Shown piece by piece: positions 11,701 to 24,267 of a stretch of DNA of 64,000 nt. A program made the translations under genes and the position numbers. Numbering within the stretch: position 1 is the first letter of the stretch; each line of letters begins with the position of its first letter. Source of the DNA: Glycera tridactyla (lineage: Eukaryota); NCBI GenBank assembly GCA_965644265.1, contig OZ286466.1, positions 29,574,001 to 29,638,000 on the forward strand, read 5' to 3'. The notes beneath the pieces were generated by a model, which was not told the origin of the DNA, searched no databases, and was given only the letters and a program-made list of their open reading frames with translations.

Positions 11701-14700
11701 CCAATAAGAGGCAAGAATGCACATTCTTCAAACTGATGAAGTTTATCGTGTTTTTCATAAGAGGCGCAGCCTTCTGTCAAGTTGGCGGACCCCCTAAGTT
11801 TGTTCCCCTGTATGTGGCACGCCCTGCTCCATTCATTTTCCAGAGGTTTCTCCAATTTTGGCACCAACTGTATGCAGGTTGCATGGTCAGTAATACATAC
11901 AACATCATTGCCCATATGTTCATCCCTGCAATCATCTTTCCTTGACTTCATCGCCTTTAACAACATGCAACAGTTGCATCCTTGCATGAGCAGAGCCTGA
12001 AGTTTCTTATACGGATGAATTCATTTTCTGGGTGGCAATTATGTTGCTAGGGTAACGAGCTTTCATACCCGTCACACATGACTGACCATGCACCTGTTAC
12101 ATGCAGGGATGAGATCAAACGCTCCTCACGAAAGACTAACAAATCAAATGAAGAGGCACCTGGAATGGTTCAGCCAGCATCACTGCAACGAGGATGATGA
12201 CGAACCATCAATGTCCGATCTACTACAAATTAAAATGCTTGACGTGATCACTATTATGCATGGAAAAAGGTGAGTTAATCTGAGAAAGCCCATATGTTGA
12301 GTTCTCCATCTGCCTGACGATTATCGAATAAAGGAAAAAGAGAGAAATAAACAACTGCCATATGCAACCTTCTCATCCCTGTTTACGAGCGCATAACAGT
12401 GGCCTAGCCTTGATCAAGTGGATAGTCACTCCCTCCGAGCTACTAGAACACTATATAACTACTGGGCTCCTGCAGTGGCTGCTGATCCTTGCGCTGCCAT
12501 GGTTGGTCTAATATGTAGAACTATCTTACAAAATATCTAGATTCAACAAGATCTGTCAACCATAGAGAGAATTTGTGACCTCTGAAGTAAATATACTCAA
12601 CCAGACTCTGCACTTCCGCTTCCTGAGAATGAGCTGTATTTTGATTCATAAAATAACGACAACTAAATAATAATGATGATAATAGTAATAATAATAACAA
12701 AGTCATTGTATTTCATATGTGTTCCGTGTATCGTTTTTCATGGGCTAGTTGGTTCTCATGTCAGGCAAGGGATTTGTCGGCCCCTAGGACTGTCTCACTT
12801 CCAGCTAGCCCCTCCGCTCATAACACCAATGTTGATGTTTTATGTACAATCATTTGGCACATTGTTACATGTATATATATATATATATGTATATGTATAT
12901 AATGTGAGGAGCCAAATCAAACGAGCTCCCGCTTACTGCATCCAACTCCCTCAGGTGGCAAACTACTAGGCCGCCATCACTCTCACCGTCCCTAACTACT
13001 TGCAAAAAAATCTTATTCCGCAAAACTTTTTCTAGATGTGAGGTTGACGCCCATGAAGATGATATCTTGATGAGCCAAACATGTAGCCATACAAGCTGAG
13101 ACTTATGACTAGTTTCATGGTATGAAAAAACAGGAGACAAATTTAGAGTGATGCAACCTCACACATCAAGGTTAATGTAGCCAATTTAGTTTACCTCACT
13201 TTAGTTTTTGGACTAAACCTAGCATCAGAAATGAGATCTTCCAAGAGTCCATTGAACTTGAGCGAGTTCTATATGCATGCTTCTGAAATGCATGAGCGGA
13301 AACCATTGGAAACTAGTGTTATCTTCTTGAATGAATCAAAACTAAAGTGGATGATTCCATACAGCTGTTGCTGCAGCTGGAACTGCGAGAGTGATGACGA
13401 TCATATCACTACGTAAATGATGACTAAGTAATAATAATACTGCTCAATATGATCTAATTGCATAAATATAAAATGCAAATGTACAGCTTTTAGTGTGAAC
13501 ATACCTAATAATGAACTATATTTGTTTATGATGCCTGAAGTTATGATGTGTTATGCTTTTAATACAAATGAGGAGTGTAAAGTAGGCAGCAGCATCTAGG
13601 AGCAAACTCTTAGACACATGGGCACCGCCTACGGACTTTAGATGAATCCATCATACATTTTTTTAAAGATTGATCATAATATTTGATCATTTTTGGAGGT
13701 AAATGTATGCCTCTGTAAGGGGAGCTAGGTTATACTAACGCTAAATGGTTGATTGCTTTTGGTATTATGGAATATACAGCTCAGCTAGCGGCTGCCACAT
13801 CACATAGAGAATTGGATGCACCAAGTGGTTGGCCCACGAGATCGTCAAACCTCACAGGTTTGAGAGAGGAGTTTTGGTTCAACAAAGAGTGGACATGTAG
13901 CAGCGAGTGATCCGGCGAAGCATCTCAACACCCTTGAAAACAGCACAACCTGGCAACTGCAAAATGGCAGCCGAGTAACACTCAGCCCATCTGACATTTG
14001 TCAGCCATCTTAAAAGCGAGTTGAGCTACAAGCTAGATGCACCAGTGAGTGGTGAACAAGGTACTCTTCTTTTTTATGTACATTATCGATCAGCTACCAA
14101 CGGCTACTAGCACACGTCACGGCTAGGGTTAACTACGCATTTACGACTTCTTTGTACAAGGGATTCACACTCCAGATAACTGTGATGTCACAAGACAACT
14201 CTTGAGTAGCACTGCCGACAACTGACGCGTAACCTCCACCGTGACTTTGAGCTGTGGGTGTACAGCAACAAGATTTAAATAACAATATATACACCTTTCA
14301 CAGGTAACGAAAGAACCCATTCTCAAGATTTAAAGACATCAAAGTGTCTGCCGACATTACCAAACTAACCAATACATGGCCAGATCAACGCAGGGGGACA
14401 TTTCACAAGCAGGTAGAGCCATTGAAAATTTACTGAGGTGATTTGTGCTGCTAACATTCTTTCAAAAGAATCATAGCAATTCAGTACACCCATGACCTGA
14501 ATTCAAAGGCACCAGAACATTAGTGAAAAGGCTTTGCCGGGTAAGGCAACAGTCCATTTCATGGCGAGTGTCTTTATGGAAATGCCCCCAATACTGCATA
14601 TATGAGGCTTCGTCCATTGCGCAGGTGCTACCATAAGAAGGCAATGTGATACTATAGAGTGAACGAAGCCGGTCCTAAACTTCATGGCTGATATGGCCAT

Positions 14701-17700
14701 GAATGGGTAAAGTTGACTTCAAACGGTGGTTGTTTTTTGTTGTTCGCAAACACCAACTCATAGTCTTTGGCAAGATAGAGTACTAACAACTACAAAATAA
14801 AGACTATACTCATAAGTTGATGCCGGTGGGGGTTACGGAAAGCAGCGGCTGGCAATGTCGACTGGAGCATGCTGGGAATGTCATCCAGTGCTGTGGGTGT
14901 GTGTGAGGGTGTATGACACAGGAGTGGAGCTCTGTGCAATCCGGTTTCTTATTGTATGTCACTATGCTACGCTCACCTTCATCCTTATAGCTAGGTAGTA
15001 CGTGCAATATCAAACATATACAAAGATCTTTACACAAGAGTTGCAGACCACACCCTCCGGCTACACCGTTTGGTGACGTAACCAATGACAACACTAGTGT
15101 GGGCTTGCCAGGCCTCCGCTAGACGACTAACAACAAATACATTTTCACCCTCAGGGTTTTGGTTTCATGAAATAATCTCCGGTAGAACAGGGCACTGTAA
15201 TTCCCGCAAGCAGCTCTTGCCATATTTTTGCTCATCAAAAATGTTCAGTCCTTAGCTCCCAGGAGTTGCAGTTCCCCGTCATACCAGGTCAAGAATGGTT
15301 AAAGATAAAAACTAGAAAGGGGTTCTAACATTAAAATGATAACAGGGCTATCTCACACGGCAGTGTGCTTTGCACCATCTGATACAGTCGAGGGCGTGGC
15401 CGCACCCTTAGAAAATCCTGCTCGGAAATTGTGCACGGTAGATGGTGCATCATATTGGTAATGATATGGGCCCATACAAAAAAACTCAGTCGCAGAATGT
15501 ATACATATGCATATTACATGCATGTATATACATATATATACATACACACATATACATATATGTATATACCTATACATATATATGGAGCAGGTTAAAGATA
15601 TGTTGGTGAACATCGTGTTATACCTATATATATATTTGACATGTTCAATACAAGTTTTGTAACTACAACTACTACTACTTCCCTACACCCTACAACAGTG
15701 GTTTTCTTTATCATGGTTGACTACATCAATGCATTGAGGCAAATCCGATGACAGCTTCAACTATATGGTTGTTTTCTCTCTCTATGTGGTAAAAAATTAA
15801 AGGAAGGAAGCTAAAATCATAAGAAACTGGTATAAGCAACAAAATGTTAAAATGGATAAAGAAAAAAGTAACACAGTCCCAGTTCAAAATAGCGAGAACG
15901 CAGTGTTCTCCCTTTACAAATAATTCGTGTTCTCATACAGCCGGGTATCGCGACCCAGTTTATACATAATAGAATACTGCCCGTACAAATAATACACATA
16001 AAACATATAAATTACACAGGATAAATGAGGCATCATATACGAGGCGATCTACAATCATGACTAAATCACATCTTTTCTCCGAAACATATCCTCCGGTGAT
16101 GAAACCAGCATACACCTCAGTGCAGTTCAAGCATCGGGAAATGCTGGTCCCACTTCCTCAGGAAAGATTAATAACTATTGTTTTGCACACAAACTAGTTA
16201 CTTTGAGTGCCCGATGATCTTGGGGGAAGTTGGCTGTTTATATAATATCCAGGTGTTTGTAGAGATGTACGCCAAGACAAAACTGAAAGGATAGCCCCAT
16301 CGACTAACCATTGACTACTGTAAGTACATATGTCTATCTCATATTCAGTTATCTGTACAATGATATATCAAGCAAAATCAGCTATGGACGTTCGTTGTTG
16401 TTGGATATAGTAAAATTTTCGTTGGTAGCGACACTTTTGCAGTCAACAAATAAAACTGGTTTCTATGCCCACTGTCTACTACTGAAAAAATCACAACACA
16501 CACTTGGTCACTCAATCAACCCAAGTCCTGAAATCTTATTACTAACTCAGCCAAACACAACTAGGTCTGAATCAAAAGGTCATCCAGTATCACATCGAAG
16601 AACCACCACACAAATGAATACCTGTGGGATTGAATAATGTCAGAATGTCATGAATTTAGTACCACTTTGATATTTTGTAACCACAGTGACTCAGACTGCA
16701 AATAACCAGTACTGAATTTGAAACAAATAACATGCTAAAGATGACATGGCAAAAGTATGCCAGCTCGAAATTTGGTAATGATGTTTTTTTTTTCAGGTTT
16801 AACCTCTAAATATTCTTTCCATCTAGAACTGATGACACAGGGAGACTTTTTGACACTAGCCTCATCAATTTGAGTGCACACCCAATATCTCATGGATTCA
16901 GACAAAGCAAATCGTGGAAGTCCATGACACAATTATTCACCTAATCCTCTTCAATGAATCAGATATTGAGACAGCAAATTTTCAAATAGTATATGGGAAA
17001 TTCTAAAAAGATATCACATGAAATTTATCCTGAAGTCTGAATGAATTCATGAGCTCTACGACTGTCGTCTCAATACATCCTGACGAAACTTGCCTAATTG
17101 TAAACTACATTTCTAATTTCGGAAGTACAAGATGGTCTGCAGAGTATTAGCAGACAGGTTCGCTTTGAATTAACTCACTACGATCTTCGTAAATATCCGA
17201 GCAACTACCACAATAGCTGCATCAGGTTATGCACCGAATGGTGTTTATTCCTTACAACAAAACATAGCACCAACAGGACAAGGGTCAAGAGGGATGAAAC
17301 CCGCCAGAAGTCAAAACAGCACGAACACCATTTCAGTCTAAAAATGATGCTCGTCCCCTCCTAACTGCCAACAGACATTGTGTGCCACCTACGTCAGAAA
17401 ATGCTAAAACTGCACGGAAGAGTTCAAACAGTAAAATACATTGCTTTAAAAGCTGGCCAGCTGTGCACAAGGCAGATACAAGTGACATCTGCTGCCATCT
17501 GGCGGACACCTGGCGCATCAACTGCGGAGAGTTTATGTATAATATATATATATCGAGGCAGCGTGTAAAACACTGTGGGTTAATAATCACCTCTTGAAAG
17601 ATTCGAGATGGTGAGGAGTTGGTCTGCCAGCATGGTGTATATAAAATCACTACTTTGGTATGAACTATTTATAAACTGTCCTCTACGATACTGACGAGAA

Positions 17701-20700
17701 TTAACAACAACTTGTCACCTTTCAAGGCCAGTAAATATAAACACTGGTAGCAAATGCCACCAAAATAATCAATAGTAAATATTCAAATTTACATAAAATA
17801 TATAACCATAAATTTTTACATGGTTAATATTGCTTTTCATCGTTGTGAAGAATCACTGTTAAGTTCACGCAACTCCCGCATTTAATAAAAAAAAAATCAA
17901 CACATCCCTCCCTCACAAAATGAATGATTCCCAATACAATGCATGCGCCCCAACTAGACTGATTGTAACCTGAACTGTGTGTGAAAAAAAACTGAATGAT
18001 CCCTGCACTAATCACGTCCGCTATAATATCACCATTTCATGACTTATGTAACAAACAGGTCATCTATTAACTGTAACAATGCCTCAAACGCGATATGAGT
18101 CACTATTACCCGCGATGCATCTGCGTGCATCATTTGAAAGCCATCGCCCATATCAACTACCATCAACACATGTCATCTCCTTGTTGCACACCAACGGAGT
18201 AAAACTGCTGCACGATAATAACGATACTGCTGCCACCAACAACCTTAGTGGCTGCCCCGAGAGCCAAAATGACAGGTTGCACTATAACAAACATGGACGG
18301 CAGCATCATCGACAAGGCAAAAATCTTCAATGCATTTCAAACCAAGTAGACCAGCCTACTACTAACTGAGAAAACTAATTCAAGGCAGCATTGATCACCC
18401 ATTACTATCCTCCAAACGAGGTGGAGAGAAAACCAAAGTTTGAGCACTCTTTTTCGAACTGCAATGGTTCATTCAATCACAGAGAATTCGTACACGAGAG
18501 GTCCCGCAGAGTACACGTCATAATTTCTCTCTTGCCAAATAGGTTTGACTACTGGGAGTAGTACCAATAGGAGCGGGCACCGTGCTTGAGCCCGGTGACC
18601 TGCACAGGTGTACAACAAGGCGATGACTTGCCCCTCACAGAGGTTTATACATAATGTTGCTCTAAGGGAATGACTGAGACCATGCATTCAACGGTGATAA
18701 CGGCCAATGCAATTTTATCCTGCAAGAAATCACCATTGCCAGGACAGCAGTCTATTTTGAGGACATCAACTATAACTCAACCCTCATTTGTCATTACAAA
18801 TGATTTTTTTCGATCACATTCATCCAAACACTGGTGTTTTCTTGCATTTAATCAACACTGATACTTGCTCTGTTGGAGCTGACTCTGTCACAACCAGAAT
18901 GATTCTACAGACACATTGGCGATCCAGCATGAGAAATCAAGGACATGCTTTGAAGATCCGTCATGCGAATAAATGCACGACAACTCTCCTCATCTTCAGT
19001 GCAAGGAGCAAGATAAAAATAAAGGTGAAATGTGTAATGGCAACAATCGATCACTTATTGTGCAAACTCAGCTGTTATTTAATCCAGTCATCCACTATGC
19101 ATGAATACAGCTGTCCAATTAAAGAGCCAACTCCAGCAAAAGAACAATCAGTGATGGATCCATTACAAAATTGGTGATGATACTCAGTCTTGGCTAGAAA
19201 AAACTCGTAACTAGAGGCATTCCAATGTGAGACTCATTCATGGCGATACTGTTGTCTTGTAACTCAAACTTCTAGATGTGACAGAAGGATCCTCAGAATA
19301 AATTAAAAGAAATGACTTGTAAATCTACATGGGTGTTTATATGACGACTACATGCATGTATATCCATATCATATTTATATTTGTACATTGTGCATGTCGA
19401 TAACCCAACCCGTTCCAGACAGAATCATCCCTACACTTATCCGTGCGATATGCGACGAGCCGCGCTGGGCACACATATCGCCGACGGGTGTAAGAATCAA
19501 ACCTAGCTAACTTCCAGTACAAACAAAAACCATGTAGAAACAGGTCAACAAGTCACCCTGTTACAATGCACTGAGGACCAAATCCCAGAATCTGGCATGG
19601 TCACATCTGTATCCTGAACTGGAAGGGTTAACAACTGGACATTTACAATCCACTTTTTGTTCACCTATAACACTACACACAAACAGGTATATTCTATGCT
19701 AATCTACGACTACACAACTAGGATTACTAAATTACGTATATGTATATTTTAGATATAAGTAGACATATATATAATATAGGGACGTTCATTATACTTCGTT
19801 CATTAATCATCATGTAGCTTTTCAACATGTTAAAATCAATCAAAAATTAAAATATATCAAGATAAAACATAACCGTTCGCAACATATATATCGCCTGTAC
19901 ATGTTATGGGACATTCAAAATGGTTGACAATGATCAGAACATATTCAATGCATACAAAGCAAACCTTCCTGGATTATGATGGCTTGCATGGTGCAAGTGC
20001 AAAATAAAATCTCACATGATGCCTGAGCATTTTGGTCCACCAGGTTCAAGTCGTGTAAGCCCAACTGGAAATGTTCATTCCGAAGAACAGAAACTTCCCA
20101 TTGCAGCTACCGCCTTGTGCGCGGACCTGTGAAGACATTCATGTTGCACCTGACGCCCATTTCATTAAACTTGCCGTGCACCACAGTTATCGTTTCATGC
20201 ACTATACAACCATGAAATGTAGCACTTGTGGTGCAGTTCAAGTTTAATGAAAGAATACCAGGGTCATTTCACTACAGTCTGAGCTTACCCTGTTGCTAAT
20301 TGTAATAGTTTTGCACCATGTTCACTAGGTACTCTCAATACATGGTGTGAAACTAACCCCTGGTTATGGAGTCGACCTCTGGCCATCTCCTCCTCAGTCG
20401 GCTGTTCCGCTCCGAGCTACCACGAGATTTGCTTTTTAAGCATATGATGTCATACTGGTAACTTTCCACAGTTCATCTGCCATTGCTTGTACATGCTTGT
20501 TTTTTTTTTTAGCAAATAACACCACAACTTGCCAGCGTCCATCACTTTCCACATTGTATGTATACAACTGTGGCGATCCACATGGGAATAAAAGCATATC
20601 GCTGTATCAAAAAGTGGGCAATGCACAAAACTATGTGAAAGTCATAAGACGAAGGGACACAATTTCTTATCAAAATTTCTATGATAAAATGGACTGTTAA

Positions 20701-21080
20701 CATTCAACTAAATATATCCAAAAAAGATATGCCAAACTGCTACCAAGTGCAGATGATGGGGGGGAAAAATCACCAGATGCAGTGGCTAAAGTGCATTTGA
20801 GAACTGGATGGTGTGTGTTTTGGAATTGTTCCTTGTCTGCATCTTCTGCAGTGGATAGCCTCTCTTCACACACAACCCGTCTGCTGAAATTTGCATTATC
20901 CGTCTCATGCTTTCTATCAGAGATTCGCTGAATTACAATGATGTAAAACATTGGCACAGTTATGTACGTACTGATCAACAAGCACACAAAAACAATTTCA
21001 CATGGACTTTAGAACATATACATTTGTTTATATATATAATATATATAGCGTCATCATTAAAACACAAATATTTGTCACAA

Positions 21081-21372
21081 GTAACCTGGGTGACAGTCTA
21101 TGCACATCGCTGCAAGGCCGTCACCATAGAAACGAGATTGCGTCCACACAGTTTTTGTTTTCCAGTTCGGCATGAGTCCAGAGTTTGCAACCAGAATGTC
21201 AGGTACATTTGTCCAGTTGGTCGGTGCCCAACTGTGTTCCACTGCCCTGCAGGCTGCGTTGGTTTTACCCATGGGTAATAAAAAGAGTCCAGTGTAGTAG
21301 TTACTATATTGCTCTCCAGGGGGCTCGTCCTGGAAACTGTTCCCATAGCAACCATGATGCCACCTGGTGGCC
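21081..21372. promoter_or_regulatory. Three RFX X-box motifs plus a CTCF-like motif
   Basis: GTAACCTGGGTGAC 21081, GTCACCATAGAAAC 21120, GTTCCCATAGCAAC 21339, TGCCACCTGGTGGCC 21358. Confidence 0.5.
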
Positions 21373-22884
21373 CGAAGCGACATCAACATCTATCTGCTCA
21401 TGAACCCCTGGAGAGAAAGAGAAAAAGATAGACGGAGAATTAGACCATTGCTAGATTATATCTATTTCAGTCAGACATGGCAAATAACAAAACTGCAATA
21501 TTTCAAAGGATCAATATCGTCTACTCAATTCACAGGCCGGATTATTTGAAACAACAAAAAGCACCAAGTGTAACAATGCAAAGCAACATTCCAACCAAGC
21601 ATTTCATTTGAATTAAAAATTAAACCGCAGGGTATGTGCTCAGGCCCTTCACTGTATGATGTCTCAGAGAAGCAATTATTGAAAGCGTGTTCAATTAACT
21701 AAGAGGATGATAAAAATAAAATTGTTCAAGCGACAAGGTGTGTTCCAACTTGATGATTTTGGAAAACAATTTCTCACCATGGTGATTTCAGTCATAAAAT
21801 ATGTGTGGAAATCTCTCCGCCAAACTGGAATCGATATGTCAGAATGCTGAGACTAACTGAGACCCCAAATTCGATTGCATATGAGTTTGGTCTCTATTTC
21901 ATACCATAATGTAGTATTTTCCGACTCACTGCCAAGCTGTCCAATCATAATTGCACTGTTAGTGTGAAGTTCTAGCCATGATTGAAGTCAAAGATCAATC
22001 ATAATTCAGCACAATAAATAAAACAGAAATGTAAAAATCAGTAAGTGAAAATAGATATCACCTGAAACAGGTTCATTCATAGATCAGTTTCACTTTTTAT
22101 AATCTGTTGCACTTGCCAATGTGGCTTTGTGATAGGTTAACAGCGTCTTATGTAACGGATCAGAAGCCTCAGAAATATATGGGACAAATTAGGAGGTCTG
22201 CAATCATTTTAGGCTCCAAAGAAGGTTGATTTGCCTTCCTAATGGCCAAGAGCATGAAGTTTGTTCCAGTTTAAAAGGAACCATCTCAACGAGAGATCAA
22301 TACCAAAATCTGCATAAAATGCTCACATGATCATTTCAAAATGATGTTTTGATGAATATGGAAGAACAAATATTTGTTCTGAATAGTGGTGTGTTTTAAC
22401 AGAGAATGAATTAAAGTATAAATCAAATGCATGAAAAAAGCAATGAAGTCAATGGAAACTATAATTTGTCATTGGGATCTAATGGGGGGAAAAAACCCAG
22501 ATTTAAATAAAGTATCTGAAAACCCTATTAGCCATTGATTTGAATATGCACCTGACTAGACCAGGATCTAAGATATCACAATGAATGACTCAGTAACATT
22601 TATGCAAAAATATCAGGCACAAATCAAATTGAGTACAGATATTAGCCAAAAAAATAAATGGTAGGAAAAGGTATCGATCATGTAGATGAAAATACTTATT
22701 CACCACATGCTGCGATTGGAAATTAGAGGTGCAATGAATAATCACTGTTGCAAAGGGGGCTTTCATCTTGGTGACTGGCAAATAAAATGCTTGTCTTACT
22801 TGTGCCTTTGGCAGAATCTTCCAATGTTGAGGTCATATTCACTTACTCATGAACATTTTTTCATTAATGATAGATAGATATAAC

Positions 22885-22890
22885 TTTATT
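22885..22890 (-). terminator. Candidate proximal polyadenylation signal AATAAA inside the 3'UTR intron
   Basis: Minus strand ttgtagatgtgttgatatgtaatcatgtgAATAAAg with upstream UGUA motifs; downstream element weak. Confidence 0.35.
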
Positions 22891-23537
22891 CACATGATTA
22901 CATATCAACACATCTACAAGAAGCCACAGTTCTGCGACAGATTATGATGGTTTTAAGCTGCTAATGCATCATGTGACTAAGACTCCTAGAGTGGTCAATA
23001 CATTGTGATCATTTCAAAAATCATTCCAAAGGAAATGAGTATAATTTCAAGATGGAGCATGGAACCAAAAACAATCTATCTGGAACCACTCCATTTTTCA
23101 ATGATCAATGAGTGTGGATGACAGCTACAGGCAGACAAAAAGACTCAAGGAGTGTACTAGAGGAGATATTGGGTTATCTGAAAGCAGCCACACCCAACAA
23201 ATACATCCCTCGGAACAACAGTGACAATAGCACACTCCAACTAAACTACAACTAGAACAGCATATTGTGACACATATTGTAGCCACCAGGTGGGGTGCAA
23301 GTGAGACAGATGCAGTGGCCATCTGGTGGGTGAGCACAGAACTACCATATTTTGCAGAGAATTCACAAACTAACAAGAAATAGGGGGCACGAGAACTCAA
23401 AAATGAAAAGTAATATGTATTTCACACTGCTCCGGTAGGATGTACAAATTACATCCTTAGAAATAATCCAATTTCTTCTTGTAATAATTATTAGTTGACC
23501 AGCAATGATGACGACAAGACATGTGGGTGATATTAGA

Positions 23538-23582
23538 TGGCCTTTAGTGTGGGGCTCATCTTTATTTGAGCAGGTTTGACTC
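23538..23582. mobile_element. MITE end fragment inside the 3'UTR intron
   Basis: ggcctttag...ctttatttgagcaggtttgact matches the right end of the 2636-2778 family. Confidence 0.5.
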
Positions 23583-24225
23583 TTCAGCAGAATATGGTAT
23601 AAATGGAAACTTCAACCCTAGACCAAGGAATACATGGACGAATGGGTGAAATGAGCTATAGCTACGATCAGTGATTGAAAACAGACCTGCTTCGATATTC
23701 CAAAACAAATTTGATGAACAAATTTTGTTCAAGTCAATCTAATTGATATGATCAAATAATCTACTAGTCACCCAATGGCACACAAGTGCAGAAATGATTG
23801 ATATGGCTGACTATTTCATCTAACCATAAGCTGCTAATGGCAGAAAGGCACCCACAGCTGCTTTGGGGTGCTTTTGCTCTGTAGAGAAATTAAAAGGAGT
23901 TTAGTCCACAGCAAATAATTCTGTTCTGGGACGTTTTTTTACTATGTGCTTGACATACTGGTTGGATTGAATAACATATTACCTGTCTGATGGGTGTTGA
24001 TCATCTATTGAAGGTCCCTGTGCAAAACAGGTTGACTAAGACACTAACATGCAGCCAAAGTATTCAAGATGGCTGAGTTGGGAAGAAATAACCAAGATCA
24101 TCTAATGTATACAGTAAAAGGATGAGACTGGAGAGAAAGAGAGATAGACTGAGAAGAATGTGTGCATGTGTTTCGGGCATACCTGGGCTACGATGGTTCA
24201 GAGTTGGAAATCAGCCGGCCGACAT

Positions 24226-24267
24226 TCAGTGGAAACCATTTTGGAAAGCCGTTGGGATGAGAGTGCC
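24226..24267 (-). CDS. msi: Musashi last coding exon GTLIPTAFQNGFH* (exon continues to donor at 24183)
   Basis: Branch-like ctgac, then cctttgcctctctccgccgtttcgcag|GGC, phase 0; matches the vertebrate terminus GPLIATAFTNGYH*; CAG|gtatgc donor 43 nt after TGA. Confidence 0.95.
   Translation of the reverse strand, partial: GTLIPTAFQNGFH

Larger units (their letters stand above)
8685..21407 (-). other. msi: Putative non-coding terminal exon (long 3'UTR); 5' end well supported, 3' end inferred
   Basis: Strong acceptor ctaattctccgtctatctttttctctttctctccag|GGG at 21408; no recognisable protein or TE family until about 8510; AATAAA hexamers on the minus strand at 17244, 10197, 9098, 9001 and 8705. 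Confidence 0.55.

Noticed and set aside
14506-21313. 7-mer seed matches for miR-124 (14506), miR-34 (15359), miR-9 (17653) and miR-137 (17828, 21307) in the putative UTR
   Set aside because: About one hit per seed is expected by chance in 12.7 kb; none is an 8-mer; conservation data are needed.
24211-24225. ATG TCG GCC GGC TGA immediately after the Musashi stop
   Set aside because: TGA-A is not a leaky readthrough context, and a 4-codon ORF is easily chance.
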